The notes under the pieces: generated by a model | What the model was told of the DNA's origin: nothing | The model's input: only the letters and a program-made list of their open reading frames with translations | Databases searched by the model: none | Made by a program: the position numbers and the translations under genes | NCBI GenBank assembly: GCA_964016885.1 | Contig: OZ024760.1 | Span: forward strand, 29,326,001-29,390,000 | DNA length: 64,000 bases | From: Eledone cirrhosa | Taxonomy: Eukaryota | Direction of reading: 5' to 3' | Part shown: positions 13,041 through 27,020 of the stretch, one piece after another | Numbering within the stretch: position 1 is the first letter of the stretch | Layout of the letters: each line of letters opens with the position of its first letter

Positions 13041-13364
13041 CAGTTGTCCCCTTGTATTCGCGGTGTTTATATTCCGAGAGCACCTGCGAAGAGTGAAAAA
13101 CTGTGAATATTGGACATGGGCCATAAAAATGCCTATAAACGTCAAAACAAAACGTAAATAGGCCGGCAAATACAGTAAATTGTCATCAATAATTTAGCTT
13201 TAAAAAGCGTAAAAAAATATATATTGCCACAAAAAAAGCCTTTATAAAACTGTGGAAGATATTTCTGATCCCGCGAATATGCGGTCGTTTCCGATAACAA
13301 TTATTAGTTAGGTCCTATAGAAAATTGCACGGATGCTGTGACCACAAATTCCAGGGGTACACTG
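13041..13364. mobile_element. Tigger/pogo-like MITE
   Basis: ta|cagttgtccccttgtatt ... aattccaggggtacactg|ta; imperfect TIRs, TA flanks. Confidence 0.65.
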
Positions 13365-14589
13365 TATATATATATAGGCTTGTGTGTGTGTGAATGTGTC
13401 TACATATATATGTGTGTATGTGGGTATATGTGTGTGTGTAAGCATGTATGCTATGTGTTGGAATTCCCAATCATAACTTGTATCTCATTAGACTCGTATC
13501 ATATGTTGATTATTGCTGGTAATTAGTCTCTTTAGATACATGTATGTATATCTGTGTATACATGTGTGTGTGTATATATGTGTATATATATATATATAGA
13601 GAGAGAGAGAGATGGAGAGACATATATATGTGTACATACATATATCTAAAGACATTTTTTCCAATTCCAACCTGCCCGTCCCCTCAATCTATCTTATTTC
13701 TCATTCTTTCTTCTGATGAAGGACTAGCGTCCAAAACATTAAGACCCTCTTCCTGCTATAACAAGCATTAACCTTGATATCCCTTCCATATACTACCAAT
13801 TGGGTTGTTATTTCTGTTTACCTTTTGTATATATATATATATATATGTGTGGCATTGCTTTCATTCAATGTCCTTAAACATATGTACTATACATACACCT
13901 TTGATGAGTTGTAGTGCACCTGAGCACTGTACACAATAATTTGGGGTCGATTTAATCGACTTCCCCCTCCCCCAAAATTGTTGGCCTTGTGCCTATAGTA
14001 GAAACAATTATTATTATTATTATTATTATTGATAGGCCTGTGATGGATTTGCTTGAAGAATAATGAGAAAGTTAATTACTTTGCTAAATTCTGTCGAAAT
14101 TCTTGATTATTTTGAAAATTAATTTAAAAACAGCTGTAGAAATCAAGCCAGAATCAATTCCCGTCCCACCCTTGCAAGCAGGGAAGAGCGGGCGTAAAAT
14201 GATGATGATGATATATAAATAATTGTATCTATATATAATGAGGGTAATGTTAAATATTATCCAATTACAAGTATGAAAATAACTCAATGTAAAATAACAA
14301 GTATAATAATGAGCTGAAATACTTTATAAATAACAATCAAAGAGTGTTTAAAACATTTGATCACTTACGATCATTTCATATGTTTGTTTTTATCTTTATT
14401 ATCTACTCTGATGATTCCAGCCTTGTACCAGGATGAAACAAACAGAAAGAGGTGAGAGAATTCTGGCCGGATATAGCTGGTTTAAATGCTAAAGTGTTAA
14501 TATATAACTTTGATAGATTTCGGCCAGTATTGGCCCAGGCCATGTCTAACTTAACAGCACCGCCTGGCTTATATATATAATAGGGATAA

Positions 14590-14870
14590 GTTGTGGTGTG
14601 CAGGAGAGAAGGCTGAGATGGTATGGGCATGTGATGCGCATGGAGGATGACCGCTGGGTAAAGAAGTGCCAAGAAATGCCAGTAGAAGGAAGACGCAGAA
14701 GAGGTAGACCATGTAAAACATGGGCAGAGGTGGTGAGAGCAGACCTCAGATTGCTGAAACTCACTGAGGAGATGACGAAGGACCGTGACAAGTGGAGAGA
14801 TGCTGTGCTGAATAGGACCGGTCTTACCCTTGCAAGCAGAGAAAAGCGGACGTAAAATGATGATGATGAT
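14590..14870 (+). mobile_element. RTE LINE 3' fragment (family B)
   Basis: QERRLRWYGHVMRMEDDRWVKKC...GRPCKTW; (GAT)n tail. Confidence 0.9.
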
Positions 14871-16027
14871 ATATATATATATAGATATAGGCAATCTAAT
14901 GTGCAGTTACTCTGTAAGTTCACCAGAGTGAGCACTCAATACATAGTTTCCAGTAAGTATAGAGATGTAGAACTAAACAGAGTGTAGTAGCTTTTGATTC
15001 CAGAGTCAGGCTAGATCGATACAGATCGAACCTTGAGCTGATCAATAGCAAAACGCCCATCACTACTCAATAAACGTAATGAAGGCTTAGCAAATTGTCC
15101 TTTTATTATTATTATTATTATTAGTGAATTGGCAGTATCGGTAGAGGTTTGGACGCCATGCTTTATAGCATAGTTACGTCCCTTTACGCTCTGAGTTCAA
15201 ATCTCGTCGAGGTTAACTTTGCCTTTCATCCGTACGGGGTCGATAAAATAAAGTACCAGTAATGCACTGGGTAATTGCTGGCCTTGTGCCTAAAGTACTG
15301 CCTATCGAAGGGCGGTGGATTGGCAGTATCGGTGGCGGGTCGGACGCCATGCTTTCCAGCATAGTTACGTCCCTTTACGATCTGAGTTCAAATCTCGTCG
15401 AGGTTAACTTTGCCTTTCATCCTTACGGGGTCGATAAAATAAAATACCAGTAATGCACTGGGTAATTGCTGGCCTTGTGCCAAAAGTAGAAACAATTATT
15501 ATTATTATTATTATATATAAATATATATACACACACACATACACACCACTCGCATACCGTAATTTGTTTATTTTTACTCTGGATGATGTTGATGTGCTGT
15601 CACTATGTTCTATGTTGCTCCACCGGTTATCACATGTCATTCATAGAAGTCTGCAGTGGCTGTGTTGAGACTTAACAGCTGCTGTAGGAGATGGGTTGAC
15701 TGGTCAGTCATCTGTCCAGTTCCAGTTATCTTACACTCCACTTATCTCAACATGTCAATCATAGTTTTATATAAAAACTTTTATTAAGTTATGTTCCAAA
15801 CACTTGATTAATCGTGAGAAATTTACATAACTAAGTCCTTCTAAATTCATGATAAATTTCAAAATTAATTGAAAATCATAGCCAACATCTTTCATTAGAA
15901 ATGTGGTATATTTATCTAAAAAGGTTTTTTACATAAATTTATGTAAGAACCATTGAGTTCCAAATACCAGCTTAATAATGAGAAAGTTAGTTTTACTAAG
16001 TCCTTCCAAATTCTTGATTATTTTCAA

Positions 16028-16510
16028 AATTAATTGAAAATCATAGACAGTGTCTTTCATTAGAAATATGGTAATAAAAAGGTTAAAGTGTTTATATTTA
16101 TCTAAAAACCTTCCATCATAATTTTAAGTAAGAACCTTTGTTAAGTTATGTTCCAAACACCAACAGTGTCTTTCATTAGAAATATGGTAATGAAAGTGTT
16201 AAAGTATTTATATATATCTAAAAACCTCCCATCATAATTTTATGTAAGAACCTTTGTTAAGTTATGTTCCAAACACCAACAGTGTCTGTCATTAGAAATA
16301 TGGTAATGAAAGTGTTAAAGTATTTATATATATCTAAAAACCTCCCATCATAATTTTATGTAAGAACCTTTGTTAAGTTATGTTCCAAACACCAACAGTG
16401 TCTTTCATTAGAAATATGGTAATGAAAGGGTTAAAGTGTTTATATTTATCTAAAAACCTTCCATCATAATTTTATGTAAGAACCTTTGTTAAGTTATGTT
16501 CCAAACACCA
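16028..16510. repeat. Tandem ~116-bp repeat derived from an AT-rich TTAA-MITE-like family
   Basis: acagtgtc(t)ttcattagaaatatggtaat at 16163, 16279, 16395. Confidence 0.85.
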
Positions 16511-16851
16511 GCTTTATGTAAGAACCTGTCTTAAGTTATGTTTTAGACACCAGCCTAATCATGAACATGCTAATTATATTACTAAATCTCTCAAAATTCC
16601 TGATTAGTTTTGAAAATTAATTGGAAATCCTAGTGTGCTAGCCATATCCCTAGCTTGGAAGCAACAGTGAATTCCTACAGCACTTCATTGCTACTGAATT
16701 GCTAATGAATCACTTCATTACTGCAATGTACAGATTTCTATTATGTGGTAAGTAATAGAAGCCTAAACAGTGCACAATGGTAAGATGAAGGTAACGAAAA
16801 GTTAGTTATCTGGTAATCTTTGTTTGGTTTTGTTTTGTTTTGTTGCTGTCG

Positions 16852-17045
16852 CAGACCTGCCAACCTCTAAAAACTCAAACGGGGAGTACCATGAAAAAAC
16901 ATGCCCCAAAACGGGGAGAAATGAGGCAAAATGGTGAGATTTTACATAATGTAAACTATATCTATTTTCACAAGAGAAGTCATCTCACACCCACCCAAAG
17001 CAGGTGGGAGATCTCCCCGTCGGACAGGGAGAGTTGACAGGTCTG
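16852..17045. mobile_element. Small TIR element (hAT-like MITE)
   Basis: cagacctgccaac ... gttgacaggtctg terminal inverted repeats; TSD unclear. Confidence 0.6.
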
Positions 17046-18096
17046 CTGTTTCTTTAGTCCTAATATTTCGGACTTAAAATCCTCTTCTTCAGAGTTTAAG
17101 GAACTCTCAGAGAAAAATGTTCTGGTTTCTTCTCTTTTGGATTAAATTTAGATTTAAATTTTATAAACTCTCTATATTTACAGATTTCTATATTTTTCTA
17201 TTCTCATGTACTTTCTAACACTAACAAATAATTGTTTTCTACTTTTGGCACAAGGCCAGCAATTATCCCAGTGCATTACTGGTACTTTATTTTATCGACC
17301 CCCGTAACGGTGAAAGGCAAAGTTAACCTCGGCAGGATTTGAACTCAGACTGTAAAGGGCCGTAACTCTGTGCTGCAAAGCATGGCGTCCGACCCTCTAC
17401 CAATACTGCCAATTCTTTTTTTGTGTGTTGGGGTGGGGGGGGGTGAAGTCAATTAAATCAACCCCGGTATTTTACTGGTGATTTATTTTATCAACCTCAT
17501 AAGGATGAAAGGCAAAGTTAACCTTGACAGTATTTGAGCTCAGAACGTAAACTCTATGCCACAAAATATGGTGTCCAACACTCTACCGATTCTGACAATC
17601 CACATAAAATCTTTATTAACATCATATTTACAATGATTTTGTCTTTTTCCTTCAGTATATCCAAAACTCGACTGATGTACCACCAGCCCCTAAACTTCCT
17701 ATAAGTTCCAGTCTTTAGTTTACAGATAGGGAACACATGCAAATCATGAGGTTGTGAGTTTGATTCTCCAGCTGGGCAATATGTTATGTCCTTGAGCAAG
17801 ACACTTTATTTCACATTGCTCTTTCTGTCACGAGTTGTGACAGGTAGAAGCTATCAGCAATGGAAACATTGTTCCCTTGGTCCAATTTGATGAGTTCCAC
17901 CCCAGAATGAGGTCTGGGTTCTTCTCAATTGATTCCTTCCCTTTTCTTTTCTAATTAAGGGGAAATAACATTGAAATATTCTTACATAAAATTATTTCAT
18001 TGGCATATTTTTAATTTTCAACTAATTTTGGAAATAATCAAGAATTTGAAGGGATTTTGTAAAATAACTTTCTCATTATGACAAGGTATTTATAAC

Positions 18097-19378
18097 AAAC
18101 CATCTCGCCAACAACAACCCTGAGTACCTTTTTCAATTCCATGTGTCTAACACACGTGGACATGCCTACAAAGTCAGAAAACAGCACAGCTCCCATGACT
18201 TTTGGAACATTTGTTCACACTCAGAGTTGCTGAAGCATGGAATAAACTACTTGCATCAGTTATTAGCTGTCGAGACACTGCATCCTTTAAGACCTCCATG
18301 GAATAAACTACTTGCATCAGTTGTTAGCTGTCGAGACACTGCATCCTTTAAGACCTCCATGGAATAAACTACTTGCATCAATTGTTAGCTGTCGAGACAC
18401 TGCATCCTTTAAAACCTCCATGGAACAAACTACCTGCATCAGTTGTTAGCTGTCGAGACACTGCATCCTTTAAAACCTCCATGGAATAAACTACCTGCAT
18501 CAGTTGTTAGCTGTCGAGACACTGCATCCTTTAAAACCTCCATGGAATAAACTACCTGCATCAGTTGTTAGCTGTCGAGACACTGCATCCTTTAAGACCT
18601 CCATGGAACAAACTACCTGCATCAGTTGTTAGCTGTCGAGACACTGCATCCTTTAAAACCTCCATGGAACAAACTACCTGCATCAGTTGTTAGCTGTCGA
18701 GACACTGCACCCTTTAAGACCTCCATGGAACAAACTACCTGCATCAGTTGTTAGCTGTCAAGACACTGCATCCTTTAAAACCTCCATGGAACAAACTACC
18801 TGCATCAGTTGTTAGCTGTCGAGACACTGCATCCTTTAAAACCTCCATGGAATAAACTACCTGCATCAGTTGTTAGCTGTCGAGACACTGCACCCTTTAA
18901 GACCTCCATGGAACAAACTACCTGCATCAGTTGTTAGCTGTCGAGACACTGCATCCTTTAAAACCTCCATGGAACAAACTACCTGCATCAGTTGTTAGCT
19001 GTCGAGACACTGCATCCTTTAAAACCTCCATGGAACAAACTACCTGCATCAGTTGTTAGCTGTCGAGACACTGCATCCTTTAAAACCTCCATGGAACAAA
19101 CTACCTGCATCAGTTATTAGCTGTCGAGACACTGCATCCTTTAAGACCTCCATGTAACAAACTACCTGCATCAGTTGTTAGCTGTCGAGACACTGCATCC
19201 TTTAAAACCTCCATGCTTCCTGAAATTCACCAACACTAAACCTGATATCCCCCCTCCATACACACGCACACATGTATATCATGACTCATACATTGTGCAC
19301 TTGCCTGGCATTTGTACATTATTCTATTGATGAGTTGCAGTGCACCTGAGCACTGTACACAATAATTTCATTATCATT
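18097..19378 (+). mobile_element. CR1/L2-type LINE 3' end containing ~16 tandem copies of a 61-bp unit
   Basis: NTRGHAYKVRKQHS...WNKLPASVVSCRDTASFK motif; unit tggaataaactacctgcatcagttgttagctgtcgagacactgcatcctttaaaacctcca at 18238, 18299, 18360, 18421... Confidence 0.88.
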
Positions 19379-19482
19379 ATACTGTATATACTTGAATATA
19401 AGCTGATTTTGTGTCTGAGAAATGGGTAAACATCTAAACCCTATTTATAAGTCAAGACAGCTAATCAACATATTGTTTTGAT

Positions 19483-19764
19483 CAGTGGTCTCCATCCTTT
19501 TTCATACCACAGCCCGGCTTTATGTCGGACATTCTTTCTGTGGACCAGTAGCTGCACATATCTGTTATTTAAGTGTGTTTCGATAAAGAGAGCAATAATA
19601 CAAAGAACAACTTATTGAAGTAGATGAATATTGAATATTTAAACAAATCTTTTTAAATTAAAGTTCAATATTCAATATATCTATTATATAATGTTAAACA
19701 AGTTAATCATTTCTTTGCGGCTTGGTAGCAAATGATCCACAGACCGGTGGCTGGAGATCTCTTG
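19483..19764. mobile_element. hAT/Charlie-like MITE
   Basis: cagtggtctcca... and ...tggagatctctt degenerate TIRs. Confidence 0.45.
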
Positions 19765-19911
19765 TTTAGATGACATTTATAAGACAACTCCCCCCACACC
19801 ATTTTACCATTTTTTTTGTTTGTAATATATTCAGTAATTTAACAAAGGTTTTTACATAAATTTATGATAGATTTTTAGATGAATATAAACATTTTAAAAT
19901 ACACAATTTTG

Positions 19912-20416
19912 TGTCACAGAACTAGGAGTAATTTCAGGTGTGTTGGTATCGGATGGGTTAAGATAGTGTTTGGAACATAGCTTAACAAAGTTTTTACATA
20001 AAATTATGATAGATTTTTAGAAACATGTCACAGAACTAGGAGTAATTTCAGGTGTGTTGGTATCGGATGGGTTAAGATAGTGTTTGGAACATAGCTTAAC
20101 AAAGTTTTTACATAAAATTATGATAGATTTTTAGAAACATGTCACAGAACTAGGAATAATTTCAGGTGCGTTGGTATCGGATGGGTTAAGATAGTGTTTG
20201 GAACATAGCTTAACAAAGTTTTTACATAAAATTATGATAGATTTTTAGAAACATGTCACAGAACTAGGAATAATTTCAGGTGTGTTGGTATCGGATGGGT
20301 TAAGATAGTGTTTGGAACATAGCTTAACAAAGTTTTTACATAAAATTATGATAGATTTTTAGAAACATGTCACAGAACTAGGAATAATTTCAGGTGTGTT
20401 GGTATCGGATGGGTTA
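19912..20416. repeat. 114-bp tandem repeat, ~4.4 copies
   Basis: tgtcacagaactagg at 19912, 20026, 20140... Confidence 0.9.
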
Positions 20417-20740
20417 CTAATTTAACATTTTAACCCTTTCGTTACCATATTTCTATGCCCATAATTTTCGAAATAATGAAGAATGTGAAAATATTTAATC
20501 ATTCTTTTTCATTATGAAGCTGATGTTTGGAACATAACTTAACAAAGTTTTTTTTATATATAAAATTAAGATATGATGTTTTTAGATAAATATAGACACT
20601 TTAAAACAAAATAAAGCAGCAAGAGTTTCAAGTGGTTTGGTATCAAAGGGTTAAATATGAACATTTTAAACTAGAAATGGTTTTATTTTTAACCATAGAA
20701 CCAGGCATGGTCTCAGACAAGCTGGTACCAGAAGAATGTA

Positions 20741-21390
20741 CACTTTAGCATTTACATTACTCTATATATACTATAATATCTCACATAACATTTACATTAC
20801 TCTATATATACTATTGTATTTTCACAGTAAAGGCTTTACCTCACATAATATCTCACATAATATTTACATTACTCTATATATACTATTGTATTTCACAGTA
20901 AAAGCTTTACCTCACATAATATCTCACATAACAGTTACATTACTCTATATATACTATTGTATTTTCACAGTAAAGGCTTTACCTCACATAATATCTCACA
21001 TAACATTTACATTACTCTATATATACTATTGTATTTTCACAGTAAAGGCTTTACCTCACATAATATCTCACATAACATTTACATTACTCTATATATACTA
21101 TTGTATTTTCACAGTAAAGGCTTTACCTCACATAATATCTCACATAACAGTTACATTACTCTATATATACTATTGTATTTTCACAGTAAAGGCTTTACCT
21201 CACATAATATCTCATATGATATTGAATCTATGAGATTTTGATACTATTTATTTTGAAAACCATACCTTACTTAATATCAGTATAAGTTTGAATAGAAAGA
21301 GGTGAGAGAATTCTGGCTGGTTACAGCCAGTTTGAACAGAAAGAGGTGAGAGAATTCTGGCCGGATGCAGCCAGTTTAAATGCTAAAGGG
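20741..21390 (+). mobile_element. TTAA MITE with expanded 72-bp internal tandem array
   Basis: cactttagcatt...aatgctaaaggg|ttaa; 72-bp period (20997, 21069). Confidence 0.8.
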
Positions 21391-22534
21391 TTAAATGTGG
21401 TCAATTAGTAAAGCCACTGTGTGTCAGCTTGACCCACAACAGCTAAATATCCAGCCACAACTTCTCTATTTCTTGTTTTTACGACAAAAATATTTCAGTA
21501 TCAATATTACATTGGGAATATAATATAGTTGTGTTCGTGTTTTATTGATTATAAACTCCGTCTGCATGACCAGCAATAAAGGCTTAGTTTGTGGCAGTTG
21601 TAACCTTCATCGACAACTACAGTCGACAACTACAGAGAGCCAAAGACAGGGTGACTATATGTGGTTGCTCAGCTTGATAGAAATGGCATCCTAATCTCCC
21701 TCAAATTATGCCTTATATAAACTCATATTTGATTCTGTTAGAAATGGCACCTAATGTCTCCCGCAAATCAGACCCTACTGTCATATAAATATATATTTGA
21801 TGATCATAAAAGAGGAAAACTTCTAGATGGTCTTTCATTCCGTTAGAAATAGCACCCCAATCTCCCTCAAGCAAAGCTTTACTGCATAAATACTGTATAA
21901 ATTCATATTTGATTCTGTTAGAATTGGCACCCAAATCTCCCTCAAATCATGCCCTACTATCTTATATAAATATATATTTGATGAGCATAAAAGGGGGAAC
22001 TTCTAGATGGTCTCTCAATTATTTAGAAATGGCACCCAAATCTCCCTCAAATCAGACCATACTGTCTTTTACAAATTCCACTGGATCATGGATGAACTGA
22101 GATGAAGCAACAACAACAATAACAGCAATTAGGGAGCCTCTAAATATTACTAAACCTGCTAGAAATAACAGCCAAATATCCTTCAAATCACATCCTACAG
22201 TAGGGGCAGTGAACCTAAAAGGTATTTTTTTATCACCATCATCATTTTACGTCCGCTTTTCCCTGCCTTCAAGGGTGGGATGGGTCCTCTTCATTAAAGC
22301 ATAATTTAACATCTGTTTTCCATACTAGCATGGGTTAGATGGGTTGTCACATCCTGAGGCTAGACATGCTAGGTGACCATACCTTGTTCATAGGTTCTGT
22401 TGTGTGTTTGGTATCTATGGTTGGATGATCTAGATATAGAAATGTTGTTTATGATTCTATAAAAGGTGCGGGCCTGACAGTGAAGTTGACAAGTTCCTTT
22501 TACATAGTTTCTGGAATAATTAGGGTTCCTTTAT

Positions 22535-23050
22535 TTGTATAATTGTGAAGGACCATAAAGAGAAAACATGTTTCTTAATTGACATCAGCCTTCCATCAGA
22601 TTGTAAGGTCTCCTTAAAGGAGTTCCAGAAGGCTCAGTAAATATCTGACAATTGATATTGAGAAAATGTGGCATCTTAACCCTTTAGCATTTATATTACT
22701 CTATATATACTATTGTATTTTCACAGTAAAGGCTTTACCTCACATAATATCTCACATAATATCGATTTTGATATTATTTATTTTGAGAACAATACCTTAA
22801 CATCAGTATGAGTGGCCAGTTAGAGCCGATTTGAACAGAAAGAGGTGAGAGAATTCTAGCTGGATACAGCCGGTTTAAATGCTAAACGGTTAAGGTCTGT
22901 ACAATACCGGTGATAGTCTGTGTGCTTGGAATGATAAAAAAGGTACTGAAAAATCTTTGGACCAGGTACCTGGGAAGTCATCTCTGTAAGAGACAGAGAA
23001 AATATTGCTGACTGATACTGACCAAGTCCTGAGAAGGACTTGGTCAGTTT
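22535..23050 (+). mobile_element. Degenerate restriction-like-endonuclease (R4/Dong/NeSL-type) LINE C-terminus, split by a MITE
   Basis: IIVKDHKEKTCFLIDISLPSD...DIEKMWHL|K...IPVIV...GMIKKG; related pieces at 23400-23640(-) and 27340-27900(+). Confidence 0.7.
22680..22889 (+). mobile_element. 210-bp piggyBac-like MITE with TTAA target duplication
   Basis: catc-ttaa|ccctttagcatt...aatgctaaacgg|ttaa-ggtc interrupts the LINE reading frame. Confidence 0.88.
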
Positions 23051-23789
23051 AAAAACCTTGCAAAGACATTTACTGTTGTTTGTGCCCTTGTGGCATCATT
23101 TGTGCGACAATCAATTGTAAAATGTGTGGATTACCAAATATTGCCTCGGGTGTCAGGTTGACACTCGACATGATTTGGGAAAGAAACTGAATTCAAAGGA
23201 AGTTTTAAATAATTATAATAATAATAATAATATTGTTATTTTGAAAAATTAAATTGGAATTTTTGTTCTTAATGTTAATGGGGGCAATTTTTCCAATTAA
23301 CTAAGATCAATTGCTGAGGTATCATATTTATAATATTGTTGTTTTGCACAAATAAATTGGAAGATGTGTCCTGAACGTTTGGTCAAAACTAATTTCCTAA
23401 GATCTCAAGGACCTTTCTCATGATTCTTGCTGTACCCAGGCAGACTTTTGGGTCAACGTTAAATTTGTTGTTACTCTTATGTCTTTCAGGAATCTTTCCA
23501 TTTTGTTGGTAACAGCCCCTAATGAACCCCTAATGCACATAACAATGGGGGCAGGGGTTACAGAGGCATACCACAATCTCCTTACCTCCCTAGCAATATC
23601 CTCGTAATTTTCAATCTTTGTCTGTGTTTGTTATACATTCTTTTGACACTTTGTCTTTCATGCTTTGCAGCATAGAGTTATGGCCCTTTACATTGTCAGT
23701 TCAAATCCATCCAAGGTTAGCTTTGCCTTTCATCCTTGCAAGGTCGATGAAATAATGTACCAGGATCCCCTTCCTAACACCAACCACAT

Positions 23790-24127
23790 TACAGTGTGGA
23801 CAGGGAGCCTCTTTACCGTGTCTCCTACATGACCACTTTACAGTGTAGACTGGGGGCTTTTTGTCATGACACCTACATCACCACTTTACAGTGTGGACTG
23901 GGGGCTTTTTATCGTGACACCTACATCACCACTTTACAGTGTAGACTGGGGGCTTTTTGTTGTGACACCTACATCACCACTTTACAGTGTGGACTGGGGA
24001 CTTTTTGTCGTGACACCTACATCACCACTTTACAGTGTGGACTGGGTGCTTTTTGTCGTGACACCTACATCACCACTTTACAGTGTGGACTGGGTGCTTT
24101 TTGTCGTGACACCTACATCACCACTTT
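23790..24127. repeat. 48-bp tandem repeat derived from RTE/SINE 3'UTR
   Basis: gacacctacatcaccactttacagtgtggactggg... at 23868, 23916... Confidence 0.9.
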
Positions 24128-24699
24128 TGGTACAAGGCTAACAATTTGGGGGAAAGGGAGAATCGATTATATTGACCCCAGTGAGTGACTGGTTCTTAAT
24201 TTTATCAACCTTGCCCGACGCTCTACCGATTCTGCAAATCCACAATGGTGGCCCTGTAATATGAAATACTCAGCTGATATCAAAAGACAATATCTTTGAT
24301 AAACTATTGTTTGGCCAAGAAAGTGGCCAAAAAATGAAAGAAATTGGAAAAAGGAATATATATATATATATATATATATATGCAGTAATACAGAAAACCC
24401 GCCTTGCCTAAGTACCAAGCGAAACCTACAGTCAGTTCTAAATAAATAAGGTCACAACAAAAACGCACAGTCCACGCTGTAATGTGGCCGTGTAGGTAAC
24501 ACGGTAAAAACCTCCCAGTCCACACTGTAAACGTGGTTGGTGTTAGGAAGGGCATCCAGCCGTAGAAAACCTGCCAGACAGTCCTATGCGAGCAGGACAA
24601 CCAATCTTGCCTCAAGTGGGACAATTCCCGTCTAAACCCATGCTAGTGTGGAAGATGGACGTTATACGATGATGATGATGATACTCACCTAGGTGACCT

Positions 24700-25968
24700 A
24701 CCAACAACAACAACACCGCCACCACCACCAACAACAACAACAACACCAACAACAACACCACCACCACCACCACCAAAAACACCCACCCTCACCCACCACC
24801 CACCACCACCAACAACACCAGCACCACCACCATCACCACCACCACCATCACCACCACCACCAACAACACCACCAACACCACCACCACCACCAACAACACC
24901 ACCACCAACACCACCAACAACAACAACACAACCACCACCACTACCACCACCACCACCACCACCATCACCACCACCATCACCACCACCAACACCACCACCA
25001 ACAACACCACCACCACCACCAACAACACCATCACCACCACCAGCACCACCACCACCAACAACACCACCACCAACACCACCACCACCAACAACACCACCAC
25101 CACCACAACCACCACCACTACCATCACCACCACCACCAACAACAACACCATCACCACCACCAGCACCACCACCACCAACAACACCACCACCACCACAACC
25201 ACCACCACTACCATCACCACCACCACCATCACCACCACCACCACCACCATCACCACCACCACCACAAACACCATCACCACCACCACCACCACCACCAACA
25301 ACACCACCAACAACAACAACACCACCACCACCACCAACAACACCACCAACAACACCACCACCAACAACACCACCAACAACACCACCACCAACAACAACAC
25401 CACCACCAACAACACCACCACCACCACCAACACCACCACCAACAACAACACCACCACCACCACCACCAACACCACCACCAACAACAACACCACCACCACC
25501 ACCAACACCACCACCACCACCACCAACAACACCACTACCACCACCACCAAAAACACCCACCCCTCACCCACCACCACCACCAACACCATCACCAACACCA
25601 TCACCACCACCAGCACCACCACCACCAACAACACCACCAACAACACCACCACCACCATCACCACCACCACAACCACCACCACCACCACTACCATCACCAC
25701 CACCACCATCACCACCACCACCACCACCATCACCACCACCAACAACACCACCACCACCACCACCAACAACACCACCACCAACAACACCATCACTACCACC
25801 ACCAACACCACCAACACCACCAACACCACCAACACCAACACCACCAACACCAACACCACCACCACCACCAACACCACCACCAACACCACCACCAACACCA
25901 CCAACACCACCACCACCAACACCACCACCAACACCACCACCACCACCAACACCACCACCACCACCACC
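24700..25968. repeat. (CAC/CAA)n trinucleotide microsatellite
   Basis: Direct inspection. Confidence 0.97.
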
Positions 25969-26086
25969 ATGTCAGCAGCTGTCTAAACCATTGTTTAGAG
26001 AAACATGTTTCAATCAAAGAACTATTGTAATTCTTTCTTAGAAATTTATTGATTTTAATGTTGAACATCTATAGATCATCATCAGC

Positions 26087-26221
26087 AGCTACCACCACCA
26101 CTACTACTACTACTGCTACTACTACTGCTACCACCACTACTACTACTACTGCTGCTACTGCTACTACTACTACTGCTACTGCTACTACTGCTACTGCTAC
26201 TACTACTACTGCTACTGCTGT

Positions 26222-26258
<37 letters not shown>

Positions 26259-27020
26259 GCTACTGCTACCACCGCTACTACTACTACTACTACTACTGCT
26301 ATTACTACTACTACTATTACTGCTACTACTACTACTGCTACTACTGCTACTACTGCTACTGCTGCTGCTACTACTGCTGCTACTACTGCTGCTGCTGCTA
26401 CTGCTGCTGCTACTACTGCTGCTACTACTGCTGCTGCTGCTGCTGCTACTACTACTGCTGCTGCTACTACTACTGCTACTACTGCTGCTGCTACTGCTGC
26501 TACTACTGCTGCTACTACTACTGCTACTACTACTACTGCTACTACTACTGCTGCTACTACTACTGCTACTACTGCTGCTGCTACTGCTACTGCTGCTACT
26601 ACTACTGCTGCTACTACTGCTACTACTACTGCTGCTGCTACTACTACGACTATTACTACTACTACTGCTGCTGCTGCTACTGCTACTACTACTGCCGCTG
26701 CTACTACTGCTACTGCTACTGTTATTACTACTGCTACTGCTGCTACTACTGCTACTATTACTGCTGCTACTACTACTACTGCTATTACTACTGCTGCTGC
26801 TGCTACTGCTATTACTACTGCTGCTACTACTGCTACTACTACTATTACTGCTACTACTACTACTACTGCTGCTACTGCTATTACTACTGCTACTACTACT
26901 GCTACTACTGCTACTACTGCTGCTACTACTACTGCTGCTACTACTACTGCTGCTACTACTACTGCTACTACTACTACTACTGCTACTACTACTGCTGCTA
27001 CTACTACTACTACTACTACA
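26087..27020. repeat. (CTA/CTG)n trinucleotide microsatellite
   Basis: Direct inspection. Confidence 0.97.
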
